From positions 9,037 to 73,036 of the forward strand of contig JBIOUY010000370.1 of the NCBI GenBank assembly GCA_044867445.1: a stretch of DNA of 64,000 nucleotides, given 5' to 3'. The notes beneath the pieces are model-generated. The model saw only the letters and a list, made by a program, of their open reading frames with translations. It was not told the origin of the DNA and did not search any database. The translations under genes and the position numbers were made by a program. Of the stretch, positions 39,151 through 48,739 are shown piece by piece (the stretch's first letter is position 1; every line of letters begins with the position of its first letter). The DNA is from Gemmatimonadales bacterium. GTDB taxonomy: Bacteria; Gemmatimonadota; Gemmatimonadetes; Gemmatimonadales; GWC2-71-9.

Positions 39151-39618
39151 TTAGGCACTTGATCTGACCGCTTGCTGATACGCTCCTAACAGCCCCGGGT
39201 CATCTATGGAGCCATGGTGATGAACCTGCCGCGATTCTCCATCTATCCGCCGGAAGACCCTAGTCGTCCTGATCGCCATGTCCAGCACCGCTTCACCAGT
39301 TCTGTACTCTCCTCGCTCTTTGCCCACAGCATAGAAGATCCCTCCAGTTTCATGATAGCTGTAGTCATAGAACTCGAACCAATATTGGCTAGAGTTGCTG
39401 AAGATCCGCTCGTATACTGTTCTGATCGCTTCCCAGCCGCGAGTAATACCGCCCACAGGATTGTCATTACAGCCTCATCCGTGTGCGCCCAGTTCCGCGC
39501 CATGAGCTCCATGTCTCGGTTGTTAAGGGCCTGATAGAACTCGGCCAAGGCTCTCAGCTGTGGGGGTCAGTTGCTCCTTCTGTTCTCTCCCTGTGATGGG
39601 CGCGTCTTCTACTTTCAC
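39151..39618 (-). pseudogene. SnoaL/NTF2-like protein with two frameshifts
   Basis: GGAGG + GTG 39618; AEFYQALNNRD..NW and GGITRGWEAI..RTTRVF..QVHHHGS lie in different frames. Confidence 0.75.
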
Positions 39619-39693
39619 GATATGGAATCCTCCCACGGACCAACGTGTGAGCACACTGGCGCTCTCTAGCAGCGCACAGCCGCAAGCACCATC

Positions 39694-39773
39694 CTCATCC
39701 TGAGCAAAGCGAAGGATCTAACCAACGACCTTCCGGGACCTTGAGCCAGATCCCTCGCTGCGCTCGGGATAAG
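39694..39773. repeat. REP-like palindromic element
   Basis: CTCATCCTGAGCAAAGCGAAGGATCT...AGATCCCTCGCTGCGCTCGGGATAAG. Confidence 0.85.
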
Positions 39774-39780
39774 GAGTTCG

Positions 39781-39866
39781 TCACTCCCTACTCCTACTCC
39801 TCACTTCTTACCGCTTACGCTCACTGCTCACTTTACACTTCTCACTCACTTCTCACTTCTCACCGC
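39781..39866. repeat. Degenerate heptamer array (TCACTTC/TCACTGC), one arm only
   Basis: tcactcc ctactcc..tcacttc ttaccgc..tcactgc..tcacttc tcacttc tcaccgc. Confidence 0.8.
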
Positions 39867-39872
39867 ACTCCG

Positions 39873-39898
39873 GGAACCATCTGCGCGCTCCTCGCATT
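39873..39898 (+). promoter_or_regulatory. Putative ECF sigma promoter 2
   Basis: GGAACC-N14-CGCATT. Confidence 0.7.
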
Positions 39899-39946
39899 AG
39901 AGCCAGCATCACTGGAACCTCTCCCCAAGACGAGGAGCAGCAGATC

Positions 39947-40441
39947 ATGAAGATCACCGGTTCTCTCCTGGTTGCGCTGGCGCTGATCGCGTCGGCAGGC
40001 CAGGCTCATGCACAGGCCACCCAAGGGAAGAAGACCCTGACCCTCGAGGGCGCCAAGGTGGTCGCCGCGGCGGCCGCGGCTGAAGCGAAGAAGGGCAATG
40101 AAGGCGGTTCCATCGCAATCGTGGACGACGGCGGCAACCTCATGTATCTCGAGCGCATCCAGCCCACCTTTCCCATGGGTGCCACGATCTCCACCGAAAA
40201 GGCGCGGACTGCCGCGCTGTTCCAGAAGCCCACCAAGATTCTCGAGGATGCCATCGTCGGGGGCCGCACCCCGCTTCTGAGCGTGTGGTCGGCACCGCTC
40301 AACGGCGGCGAGCCGATCGTCGCCGACGGTCAGGTGGTCGGCGCCATTGGAGTGAGCGGCGCATCCAGCGCAGCCCGGGACGCCGCCATTGCAATCGCCG
40401 GCGCAACCGCACTTAACGGCAAGACCAGCGCGGCCAAGTGA
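39947..40441 (+). CDS. GlcG/HbpS family heme-binding protein, secreted
   Basis: Signal peptide, IAIVDDGG, KARTA, GGEPI..GAIGVSG. Confidence 0.9.
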   Translation: MKITGSLLVALALIASAGQAHAQATQGKKTLTLEGAKVVAAAAAAEAKKGNEGGSIAIVDDGGNLMYLERIQPTFPMGATISTEKARTAALFQKPTKILEDAIVGGRTPLLSVWSAPLNGGEPIVADGQVVGAIGVSGASSAARDAAIAIAGATALNGKTSAAK

Positions 40442-40452
40442 GGAAACCGATT

Positions 40453-40920
40453 ATGCGACCGATGATTCTGCTTTTCGCGCTCGTGCTGCTCCTGGGCGCT
40501 GCCCTCGGACCCCAGGCAAACGACGGTGCCGTGACCTACATCCCGGCAGAGCAGGTGAAGGCGAACTTCGCCAAAGGCGTGCCGATGCTGGAGGTCGGCG
40601 ACTACAAGATCCACGCGAGCCGGCGCGAGGGGCCGGGCATGGCGGAGATCCATACCCGGGACACCGATATCGCCTACGTCCTCCAGGGTTCGGCGACACT
40701 GGTGACCGGCGGTACCGCGCTGGCGGTGAAGTCGATCGGGCCCGAAGAGCTCCGCGGAAGCGCCATCCGGGGCGGTGAGACCCGGCAGCTTTCCCCCGGC
40801 GACGTCGTGGTGATTCCCAATGGCACGCCGCACTGGTTCAAGGAGGTCAAGGCTCCGTTTCTGTACTACGTGGTCAAGGTCCGTCAGGCCGAGCGCCAGA
40901 CCGCCGCGGGGGCGATGTGA
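40453..40920 (+). CDS. Secreted cupin domain protein
   Basis: AEIH..D..YVLQGSATLVTGG, GDVVVIPNGTPHWF. Confidence 0.85.
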   Translation: MRPMILLFALVLLLGAALGPQANDGAVTYIPAEQVKANFAKGVPMLEVGDYKIHASRREGPGMAEIHTRDTDIAYVLQGSATLVTGGTALAVKSIGPEELRGSAIRGGETRQLSPGDVVVIPNGTPHWFKEVKAPFLYYVVKVRQAERQTAAGAM

Positions 40921-42563
40921 TGCCGGGCCGATTCCCTACCCTGCCGTGGGCCGCACTGGCCAGCGTTCTCATCCCAGTGGTGGGATGGGCGCAGGCCACT
41001 GTGGACTTACCGCTCGTCCTCCCCGCGGCGGTGGTAGATCTCCGCACCAACGAAGGCGCCGCGTTGGTCAAGGCCCAGTGGCGTTACAGCGATGTCAAGC
41101 TGGTCGAAGTCGATCACCATGCTCCCGGTTCGGATCTCCGACCGTCGGGCACTCCCACCCGTACCCATGATATCTCGCCTCACGCCGGGGCGGCCGACTT
41201 CGATGATTCGGCTTGGGAGGGGATCGAGCCCGCGGGCCTGGAGGCCCGCCGCTCCAATGGCAGGCTTGCCTTCAACTGGTACCGGACCAGAATCACCCTC
41301 CCCGAACGCGTGGCCCGGTTCGACGTGACCGGGTCGACCGTGGTGTTCGAGCTGGTCATCGACGACTACGCCGAGGTCTGGGTGGATGGCAAGCTGCCGC
41401 TGGTGCTCGGTCAGACAGGAGGCCAACTGATCAAGGGATTCAACGCACCTAACCGGGTGGTGCTCACCCGGCACGCCCGCCCAGGTCAGCAAATCCAACT
41501 CGCGATCTTCGGGGTCAACGGTCCGGTGTCCAATCCACCGGGCAACTTCATTTGGATCCGTTCCGCGACACTGGACTTCTATCGGCCGGACCAGGTGGGC
41601 GGAGCAGCCACGGTTGCTGCCAAGATCGTTCGGCTCGACCCCGCGGTCGATCGCATCGTTGCGCCGGGCGCAAAGCTGGAGAAGCTGGCCGGAGGGTTCC
41701 AGTTCATCGAGGGGCCGGTGTGGCATCCCGATGGCTACCTACTCTTCAGCGACCCCAATGCCAACACCATCTACCGCTGGACACCCGACGGATCGGTCTC
41801 CGTCTTCCGCAGCAAGAGCGGGTACAGCGGGTTTGATATTGGCCAGTACCATCAGCCTGGCTCCAACGGGCTGACCTTGGACCCGAACGGGCTGCTCACG
41901 ATCAACGAACATGGTAATCGCCGGGTGACACGGCTGGAACGCACCGGCGCGATCACCGTCCTGGCCGACCGCTACGACGGCAAGCGACTCAACAGTCCCA
42001 ACGACCTGGTCTATCGGTCGGACGGCACGCTGTACTTCACCGACCCACCGTTCGGTCTGCCGAAGGCATTCGATGACCCGCGAAAGGAGCTCCCCTTCAG
42101 CGGAGTCTATAAGGTGAAGGACGGCCAGGTGTCGCTGCTGACCAGGGAGCTGAGCGGCCCCAACGGGATCGCCTTCTCTCCCGACGAGCAATACCTCTAC
42201 GTCGATAACTGGGATCTCAAACGCAAGGTGCTGATGCGCTACGAAGTGAACTCGGACGGGACGATTGCCAACGGGAAGGTGCTCTACGACTTCACCAAAG
42301 AGCCCGAGATGGTTGCGCTGGACGGCATCAAGGTGGATCAGCAGGGCAACGTCTACGTCTCGGCGCCGGGCGGGATCTGGATTCTCTCGCCCTCAGGCAA
42401 GGCCCTGGGCCGGATCGCACCACCGGAGCACGACGCCAATTTTGCTTTCGGCGATGCCGATGGGAAGTCACTCTATCTGACGGCCAGCACCGGACTGTAT
42501 CGGATTCGGGTGAACGTCCCAGGGATTCGGCCGTTGCCCACGGTGCAAGCCGCGGCCCGCTGA
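40917..42563 (+). CDS. SMP-30/gluconolactonase with N-terminal sugar-binding-like domain
   Basis: EGPVW, LFSD, GSNGL, LNSPND, YFTDP, PNGIAFSPD, DGIKVD; N-terminal WYRT..DDYAEVWVDG. Confidence 0.9.
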   Translation: MMPGRFPTLPWAALASVLIPVVGWAQATVDLPLVLPAAVVDLRTNEGAALVKAQWRYSDVKLVEVDHHAPGSDLRPSGTPTRTHDISPHAGAADFDDSAWEGIEPAGLEARRSNGRLAFNWYRTRITLPERVARFDVTGSTVVFELVIDDYAEVWVDGKLPLVLGQTGGQLIKGFNAPNRVVLTRHARPGQQIQLAIFGVNGPVSNPPGNFIWIRSATLDFYRPDQVGGAATVAAKIVRLDPAVDRIVAPGAKLEKLAGGFQFIEGPVWHPDGYLLFSDPNANTIYRWTPDGSVSVFRSKSGYSGFDIGQYHQPGSNGLTLDPNGLLTINEHGNRRVTRLERTGAITVLADRYDGKRLNSPNDLVYRSDGTLYFTDPPFGLPKAFDDPRKELPFSGVYKVKDGQVSLLTRELSGPNGIAFSPDEQYLYVDNWDLKRKVLMRYEVNSDGTIANGKVLYDFTKEPEMVALDGIKVDQQGNVYVSAPGGIWILSPSGKALGRIAPPEHDANFAFGDADGKSLYLTASTGLYRIRVNVPGIRPLPTVQAAAR

Positions 42564-42587
42564 CCCGGCTCCAGATCGATCCCGTTC

Positions 42588-42683
42588 ACCACAGAGGCAC
42601 AGGTCACAGAGCTCACAGAGGAAACAACAGAAAACCAGTTGCAGTTCTCTCTGTGCCCTCCGTGTCCTCTGTGCCTCTGTGGT
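42588..42683. repeat. 9-mer-type palindromic element with perfect 15-bp terminal inverted repeats
   Basis: ACCACAGAGGCACAG...CTGTGCCTCTGTGGT with internal cacagag/ctctgtg units. Confidence 0.85.
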
Positions 42684-42725
42684 AAGAAGCGACAGGAACT
42701 TAGCAGCTTACGGAGCGTCGACGAC

Positions 42726-43787
42726 ATGAGACGGACCTGGTGCGGCACTCTATCGTTGTCGGTTGTGACACTGGTGGCCGTGCTCACGGTCGAGGCGCGT
42801 GCCCAGCTCCAACCCCGCCCCACGCACGAGCCCATCCTCACTCGCCTTGACCCGCGTTTCGATCGCCTTGTGCCGCCCGGTACGATCCTCGAGAAGATCG
42901 TGGACCATCACGGCTGGGCCGAAGGACCGGTGTGGGTTCGCGACGGCGGCTACCTGCTCTTCTCAGACGTGGTCCAGAACGCGATTTACCGCTGGAAAGA
43001 AGGCGAGGGGGAAACGGTCTTCTTGCGCCCCAGCGGATATACCGGTTCGGCGCCATTCAGCGGCCCCGAGCCCGGCTCCAATGGCCTTGCCCTCGATCCG
43101 ATGGGCCGGATGGTCTTCTGTCGGCACGGAGACCGCAGCATCTCGCGCCGTGAGGTCGACGGCCGAGTCACGACTTTGGTCGACCACTTCGAAGGCAAGC
43201 GGATCAACAGCCCCAACGACCTGGTCTTCAAGTCGAACGGTGACCTCTATTTCACCGATCCGCCCTTCGGCCTGCCTCGCACCTTCGATGATCCGGGTAA
43301 GGAGCTGCCCTTTCAGGGAGTCTACCGGTTGACCCGCGACGGCCAACTGACCTTGCTCACGAAGGAGTTGAGCGCGCCGAATGGGATCGCCTTCTCTCCC
43401 GACGAGCGCACCCTCTACGTCTCCAACGCCGATCGTCAGCGGCTGGTGTGGATGGCGTTCGCCGTGAACCCTGACGGATTGCTGGGGAGGGGCCGAGTCC
43501 TCTATGACGGAACCAAATCGCTCGCCGGTCGCAGAGGCACCGCCGACGGCATGAAAGTCGATGCCCAGGGAAACGTCTTTGGAGCAGGACCCGGCGGTGT
43601 CTATGTCTTCGCGCCCGACGGTACCATGCTCGGCTGGTTCGATTTCGGCGGCAACGTGGGGAACGTTGCTTGGGGGGAAGACGGCTCAACTCTCTTCATT
43701 GCGGCGAATGCCGCGGTGTATCGCGTCAGCCTCGCCACCAGAGGCGCGGGATGGCCGCCCACGCAGGCAGTGAGCAGTGAGAAGTAA
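42726..43787 (+). CDS. SMP-30/gluconolactonase family protein
   Basis: EGPVW, GSNGL, NSPND, YFTDP, DGMKVD. Confidence 0.92.
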   Translation: MRRTWCGTLSLSVVTLVAVLTVEARAQLQPRPTHEPILTRLDPRFDRLVPPGTILEKIVDHHGWAEGPVWVRDGGYLLFSDVVQNAIYRWKEGEGETVFLRPSGYTGSAPFSGPEPGSNGLALDPMGRMVFCRHGDRSISRREVDGRVTTLVDHFEGKRINSPNDLVFKSNGDLYFTDPPFGLPRTFDDPGKELPFQGVYRLTRDGQLTLLTKELSAPNGIAFSPDERTLYVSNADRQRLVWMAFAVNPDGLLGRGRVLYDGTKSLAGRRGTADGMKVDAQGNVFGAGPGGVYVFAPDGTMLGWFDFGGNVGNVAWGEDGSTLFIAANAAVYRVSLATRGAGWPPTQAVSSEK

Positions 43788-43902
43788 GAAGTGACACCTC
43801 CTCACTTCTTACTTCTCACTTCTTACTTCTCACTTCTTACTTCTCACTCCTGCTCACTGCTCACTGCTCACTGCTCACTTCTTACTGCTCACTTTTCACT
43901 GC
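43767..43902. repeat. Nested inverted heptamer arrays between convergent genes
   Basis: gcagtga x2 gaagtaa gaagtga | tcacttc/ttacttc x6, then tcactgc units. Confidence 0.93.
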
Positions 43903-45423
43903 CCTCTCCATCTCCACCTCGGTCTCCAGACTTTCGCGATCGCGATAGATGGTCGCAACCGCTAGAGTCTTGGGCCCGCGGCGAAATCGAACCGTGCAGT
44001 CCCGGGCACTGATATCACCATCCACCTCGATAGCGTCCCACTTTTCCGCGTGCCCCACGTAATTGATCGGGACATCGTAGTGCTGGCTCCAGAAAAACGG
44101 GATCGCATCGAATCGCTTGCCAAGGCCGAGGATGTTCCGCGCCACGGTTTGTCCCTGGCGCTCGGCCACCACCCAGTGCTCCACCCGGATCCGGTCGCCA
44201 CTGTGGGGGTCGGGCCATCGAGCGAGGTCGCCTGCGGCGTAAATCCCCGGAATGCTGGTTTCGAGATACTCGCTGACCGCCACCCCGCGATCGATGGCAA
44301 GCCCCGCCGATTCTGCCAGATCCAGATTGGGTCGCACTCCGATCCCCGCGACCACCACGTCCGCAGCGAGCCGTTCTCCGTTCTTCAGGATCACTCTTCC
44401 GCCGGAGATCTCCGTCGCCGTCTGACCCAGATGAAAGATCACGCCGTGCTCTTCATGCAGCCGGCGAAGAAAATCCCCTAGCTCCGGGCCCATGACCCGC
44501 TCCAGTGGCCGTGACTCGGGAGCGACGACATGCACCTCGAGCTTCCTCGCCCTGAGCGAGGCCGCGACCTCCAGTCCAATGAAGCTGGCGCCGAGAACGA
44601 CGGCCCGCTGAGACCCGTCTGCAGCCGCGATGATGGCGCGGCTATCCGCGAGCGAGCGGAGGTAGTGAATCGTCGGGGTCCCTGACTCGAGCTCGGGAAG
44701 CCGCACCGGGCTGGCTCCCGTTGCGAGTACCAGTGCACCGTAGGCGCGGGCGTCGCCATTGTCCAAGCGCACCCGCCGTTCTCCCGGCTCCAGGGCGACA
44801 ACCCTGGGGCCACGAAGCAGCTCGATGCCCCGATCGCGATAGAACTCGGCTGGATGGAGAGGGATCCAGTCTTCGGGTGCGTTTCCGGCCAGATAGTCCT
44901 TGGAAAGGTTGGGCCGGTCGCAGGGCGCAGCCGGATCCGGGTCGACCATCGTGATCGGACCTGCGTACCCTTCTCGCCGGAGCGTCTCCGCGACGCTGTT
45001 GCCGGCCGCACCTGCGCCAATGATGAGCACCGACGAGGGTCCCTGCCCCCGGGCCCGTGCGCCAGCCTTGGGTTTGGCAGGCTCGACCTTCTCTCCGATG
45101 TAAACTTTTCCGCCTCGCTGTTCGACTCGCCAGCATGACAGATCGTTCAGCGCGGGGGGGTGGATTGCTGCACCGGTTCGAAGACTGAAACAGGCATGGT
45201 GCCAGGGGCAGCGCACGGTGTCGCCGACAATGATCCCCTCAGCCAAGGGGCCACTGTAGTGGCTGCACGTGGCGCCGATGGCAAACCACTCCGAGCCTCG
45301 GCGGACGAGCAGGACCGCCTCCCCGTCCACCTGGCCTGCGAGACTCCCGCCATCCGGCACGTCGGCGGCGGAGATGCCCAGCTTCAAGTCGGGTCCGGTC
45401 GGACCGGTCTGCTCGGCGGCCAT
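43882..45423 (-). CDS. Rieske [2Fe-2S] + FAD/NAD oxidoreductase (AIF/ferredoxin reductase-like)
   Basis: CSHY..CPWH, GAGAAG, DRPNLSK, RVEHW, PFFWS. Confidence 0.93.
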   Translation of the reverse strand: MAAEQTGPTGPDLKLGISAADVPDGGSLAGQVDGEAVLLVRRGSEWFAIGATCSHYSGPLAEGIIVGDTVRCPWHHACFSLRTGAAIHPPALNDLSCWRVEQRGGKVYIGEKVEPAKPKAGARARGQGPSSVLIIGAGAAGNSVAETLRREGYAGPITMVDPDPAAPCDRPNLSKDYLAGNAPEDWIPLHPAEFYRDRGIELLRGPRVVALEPGERRVRLDNGDARAYGALVLATGASPVRLPELESGTPTIHYLRSLADSRAIIAAADGSQRAVVLGASFIGLEVAASLRARKLEVHVVAPESRPLERVMGPELGDFLRRLHEEHGVIFHLGQTATEISGGRVILKNGERLAADVVVAGIGVRPNLDLAESAGLAIDRGVAVSEYLETSIPGIYAAGDLARWPDPHSGDRIRVEHWVVAERQGQTVARNILGLGKRFDAIPFFWSQHYDVPINYVGHAEKWDAIEVDGDISARDCTVRFRRGPKTLAVATIYRDRESLETEVEMERAVKSEQ

Positions 45424-45502
45424 GGTGGCACCTCCCTGTCGTAACCCGGCCTCCAGGGAAGGGTAACCACTCGGGCGACCCTCGGCAGCTTGCGGACCGG
45501 CG

Positions 45503-45528
45503 GGAACCTTTTGAGGATTCGTCGCATT
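45503..45528 (+). promoter_or_regulatory. Putative ECF sigma promoter 3
   Basis: GGAACC-N14-CGCATT. Confidence 0.7.
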
Positions 45529-45562
45529 GCACCTGTCGAACCCACGCCCGGAGAACCCCTCG

Positions 45563-46129
45563 ATGGCCGAGCCTCGCCCGCTGAGCATTCCCGTGATCCT
45601 GGGCACCGCCCGCAAGGGTCGGATGAGTGCCCATGCCGCCCGGCTGGTCCATGGGGAGCTGGAGAAGCGAGAGGGCGTAGTGACTGAGCTAATCGATGTG
45701 GGGTCGCTTGCCGTCATGCTGGACGACAATGGTCAAGGGACGGGCGATCCCAGCTTTGCGGCGAGCATGAATCGCGCTGATGCGATCGTGCTGGTTGCCC
45801 CGGAGTACAACCACGCCATGCCGGGCCTGCTCAAGCACGTGCTCGACAGTTGTCTGCAGGAGTACATCCACAAGGCAGCCGGTATCGTGGCCGTGTCCGC
45901 CGGACCATTCGGCGGGACTCGGGTGATCGAGACCTCACTGCCGGTCCTTCGGGAGCTTGGGCTGGTGACCATCTTCTGGGATGTGAACTTTGGCAGCGTC
46001 GGCAAGATCTTCGACGAGAAGGGCACTCTGCTCGATCAGTCCTTCATTCGTCGGACCGACAAGTTCCTGGGCGAGCTGATCTGGATGGCGAAGACTTTGC
46101 GCTACGGGCGAGAAAACGTCACGGTGTAG
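45563..46129 (+). CDS. NADPH-dependent FMN reductase
   Basis: ILGTARKGRMS, PEYNH..PGLLKHVLD, GGTR. Confidence 0.92.
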   Translation: MAEPRPLSIPVILGTARKGRMSAHAARLVHGELEKREGVVTELIDVGSLAVMLDDNGQGTGDPSFAASMNRADAIVLVAPEYNHAMPGLLKHVLDSCLQEYIHKAAGIVAVSAGPFGGTRVIETSLPVLRELGLVTIFWDVNFGSVGKIFDEKGTLLDQSFIRRTDKFLGELIWMAKTLRYGRENVTV

Positions 46130-46130
46130 T

Positions 46131-46221
46131 AGGTGAGAGGTGACAGGTGAGAGGTGACAGGTGAGAGGTGACAGGTGAGAGGTGACAGGTGAGAGGTGAC
46201 AGGTGAGAGGTAAGAGGTAAT
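46131..46221. repeat. Heptamer array x13, alternating AGGTGAG/AGGTGAC
   Basis: Direct reading; last units aggtaag aggtaat. Confidence 0.97.
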
Positions 46222-46222
46222 T

Positions 46223-46396
46223 ATGGCTCCCAGCCCGATGCGCTGCCCCAAGTGCGGCGCCACCATGAATCAACATGCCGAGAAAGTGGTGTACGGCAGC
46301 CAGGGGGCCAAGACCGATCCCGAGCTCGGTGGCGTGATCGAGGAGATGCACGCCTGCCCCCGATGCGGGTACGTCGCCTCGCGCCCGGCGACGTGA
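46223..46396 (+). CDS. 57-aa zinc-ribbon protein
   Basis: Missing from the ORF track: MAPSPMRCPKCGATMNQHAEK..EEMHACPRCGYVASRPAT; GAGGT RBS. Confidence 0.75.
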   Translation: MAPSPMRCPKCGATMNQHAEKVVYGSQGAKTDPELGGVIEEMHACPRCGYVASRPAT

Positions 46397-46640
46397 GCTA
46401 TGCGGTTAGCCCGAGTCGCACCGTGGGTCCTGCGCCCGATCTCGCTCCTCCTCCCCGATCGAGCCTCAAGCAACTCTGAAAACGGGCCGCGGGATTGCAC
46501 CGGCGTGACGCTCGGTGTCGGCTTGCTCGGCGCGGCCGTCGATGGAACGCTGGGCCATTTGGTTGGACGGGCAATTCCCAGGAAGTAATCACGCGGCTGG
46601 TCCCACACTTCGAGTGTCTGTGCCCGAAACGTCTGCCGCT

Positions 46641-47255
46641 ATGTCCGGCTCTCGAGCCGCCCACCCCACACCGGCGCCCGCCCCGGCAAGCTTCGAGTCG
46701 CTCTTCGGGGCGCTGGCCAACTCAGCCTTTGGGGTGGCGGTGCGCCTGACGCGAAACAAGGCGGACGCGGAGGATCTGGTCCAGGAGGCCGCGCTCCTCG
46801 CGTTCCGAGCCTTTGAATCTTTCGAGCAGGGGTCCAACTTTAGGGCCTGGTTCTTCAAGATCCTGACCAACTGCTATTTCTCCAAGCGGAGGCGGGAGAA
46901 GAGCCGGCCGGTCACCTCTGACCTGGACGACACGCCCGATCTGTACTTGTACGCCCGGTCAGGTGAAGCAGGCTTTCCTACCACCGGGCCCGACCCGGCC
47001 GGCCAACTCCTGGACAAACTGGGAACGGAGCGAGTGGTGGCTGCGATTGATCGGCTGCCGGAGGAGTATCGAGTCGTTTCCACGCTGTATTTCATGGAGG
47101 ACCTCTCCTACGAGGAGATCGCCCGGATGCTGGACTGCCCCATCGGCACGGTGCGGTCCCGGCTCCATCGAGGACGCAAGATGCTACAGAAGGCCCTGTG
47201 GCAGATCGCCACTGAAGACGGTATCATCGCCCCAGCATTCGGGGGATTGCAATGA
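46641..47255 (+). CDS. ECF sigma factor (SigR/SigH-like)
   Basis: DAEDLVQE, GSNFRAW, LSYEEIA..CPIGTVRSRLHRGRKML; start uncertain. Confidence 0.93.
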   Translation: MSGSRAAHPTPAPAPASFESLFGALANSAFGVAVRLTRNKADAEDLVQEAALLAFRAFESFEQGSNFRAWFFKILTNCYFSKRRREKSRPVTSDLDDTPDLYLYARSGEAGFPTTGPDPAGQLLDKLGTERVVAAIDRLPEEYRVVSTLYFMEDLSYEEIARMLDCPIGTVRSRLHRGRKMLQKALWQIATEDGIIAPAFGGLQ

Positions 47256-47524
47256 GCGATTCACTGGACCGGATGACCTGCGAGGCGGCCTTCCGCCGAC
47301 TGGACGATTTTCTCGACCGTCAATTGAGTGCCGAGGAGATGCGGCTGGTGGAGGAACACTTGCACATCTGCGAAGCCTGCACCCGGGAGTTCACCTTCGA
47401 AGCCAGCGTACTCGCGGGAGTGAAGCGCAAGCTCAGGGCGATCGAGCTCCCCGCCGATCTCCTTGCCCGCATTTCGGGCCAACTCGGTCGCGCGAAAGAG
47501 GACTCTGCGGAGGGTCAGAGCTGA
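47252..47524 (+). CDS. Zinc-binding anti-sigma factor (zf-HC2, RsrA-like)
   Basis: TCE..LDDFLD..HLHICEAC; ATGA overlap with the sigma gene. Confidence 0.9.
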   Translation: MSDSLDRMTCEAAFRRLDDFLDRQLSAEEMRLVEEHLHICEACTREFTFEASVLAGVKRKLRAIELPADLLARISGQLGRAKEDSAEGQS

Positions 47525-48354
47525 CTGACGCCGGTTCCTGTCTCGTGAACCACGTTCGCCACAGCCCGCTCGATTCCAAAATCCTTCAGTACCTCGTCCG
47601 AGGTCTGCCAGAGACTGTGCCCGACCGTCTCCAGGTCCACCGATGAGGGGTGCAGGTGCTCCAGCAGGTCCAGTCCGAGCGCTTCATGCAGGTCCCGGCA
47701 CCGCGCAAAGACCGTGCGTGACAGGTGCGCCCGGGTCAGGTCCGCGCCCCTCAGGGAAGCCCCATTCAGCACGGCGAAGGTGAGATCGGAATGGCGGAGC
47801 GCCGCGCCTCGCAGGTCCACGGCGGTGAACAGCGCGTCCAGCAACATGCAATAGCCGAGATTCGCGTCGCGCAGGTTGGAGTAGCTGACATTGGCTTCGG
47901 TGAGATTGGCGCCGCTCAGGTCGGCTCCAGTCAGGTTTACGTGGGTGAGGTCAATACGCCGCATCTCGGCGTCTCTGAAGGTCGATCCCGAGAGATTGGA
48001 ATTCTTGAGCGTGACGCGGGTCAGGTCAGCGCCCTGAAAGTTGGTCCGTGCCAGCCCGCTCACCTCCAGTGTTACGGCCTGAAGCCGAGCGTCGCCCAAT
48101 CTTGCGCTGATGAAGCTGGCGCCCGCGAGATTCGCAAGCGTAAGGTCCGCACCTTCCAGGTTGGCCCCCTCCAGAACCGCTCCCCGAAGATCCGACTGAC
48201 ACAGGTCGGCCCATCGCAAGTCGGCGCCCCGCAGATCGGCATCGCGCAGGTCTGCTCCGAGCAACATTGCATGAGTGAGGGATGCTCCGGTCAGCACATC
48301 GGCCTCTATCTCCCGAAGTGCCTCGCCAGTCTGCTTGTGCCTGATCGTGATCAT
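47515..48354 (-). CDS. Pentapeptide repeat protein
   Basis: Many A(D/N)LxG repeats; RBS GAGGAGG. Confidence 0.9.
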   Translation of the reverse strand: MITIRHKQTGEALREIEADVLTGASLTHAMLLGADLRDADLRGADLRWADLCQSDLRGAVLEGANLEGADLTLANLAGASFISARLGDARLQAVTLEVSGLARTNFQGADLTRVTLKNSNLSGSTFRDAEMRRIDLTHVNLTGADLSGANLTEANVSYSNLRDANLGYCMLLDALFTAVDLRGAALRHSDLTFAVLNGASLRGADLTRAHLSRTVFARCRDLHEALGLDLLEHLHPSSVDLETVGHSLWQTSDEVLKDFGIERAVANVVHETGTGVSQL

Positions 48355-48440
48355 TGCAGCCTCCTCATCGATGCTCCACCTGATCGCGCGTCGAGAGCCT
48401 CCGCCGTCTGCAGTAGCGTGACTTCCTGGCGAGTCCGCGA

Positions 48441-48722
48441 TCAGGCGGCCAACAGCACGTGCGCCACCCGCATCACGCCGTAGGCGAGCGGTGCGGCGAT
48501 CGCGATTCGGGGAAGCAGTGACAGAAGAGGCTGCCGGTGTGCCAGGCGGGCGTGAGTGGCACCAGTGCAGGTGGTGGCCACTGCGAGCGCCGCATTGGTC
48601 GCTGTGGCGCCGGCCACCCATCGGACCAGGAGTTCACTGGTGACGAGGCCGCTCAGGCTTCCGACAAATACCGCGACCAGGAACACGGCGAGCTCCCGTG
48701 CGATCGGTCGAGTAGGGTCCAT
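48441..48722 (-). CDS. Small membrane protein
   Basis: Three hydrophobic segments; in operon orientation. Confidence 0.55.
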   Translation of the reverse strand: MDPTRPIARELAVFLVAVFVGSLSGLVTSELLVRWVAGATATNAALAVATTCTGATHARLAHRQPLLSLLPRIAIAAPLAYGVMRVAHVLLAA

Positions 48723-48739
48723 GAGGGCCACTGCCTGGC

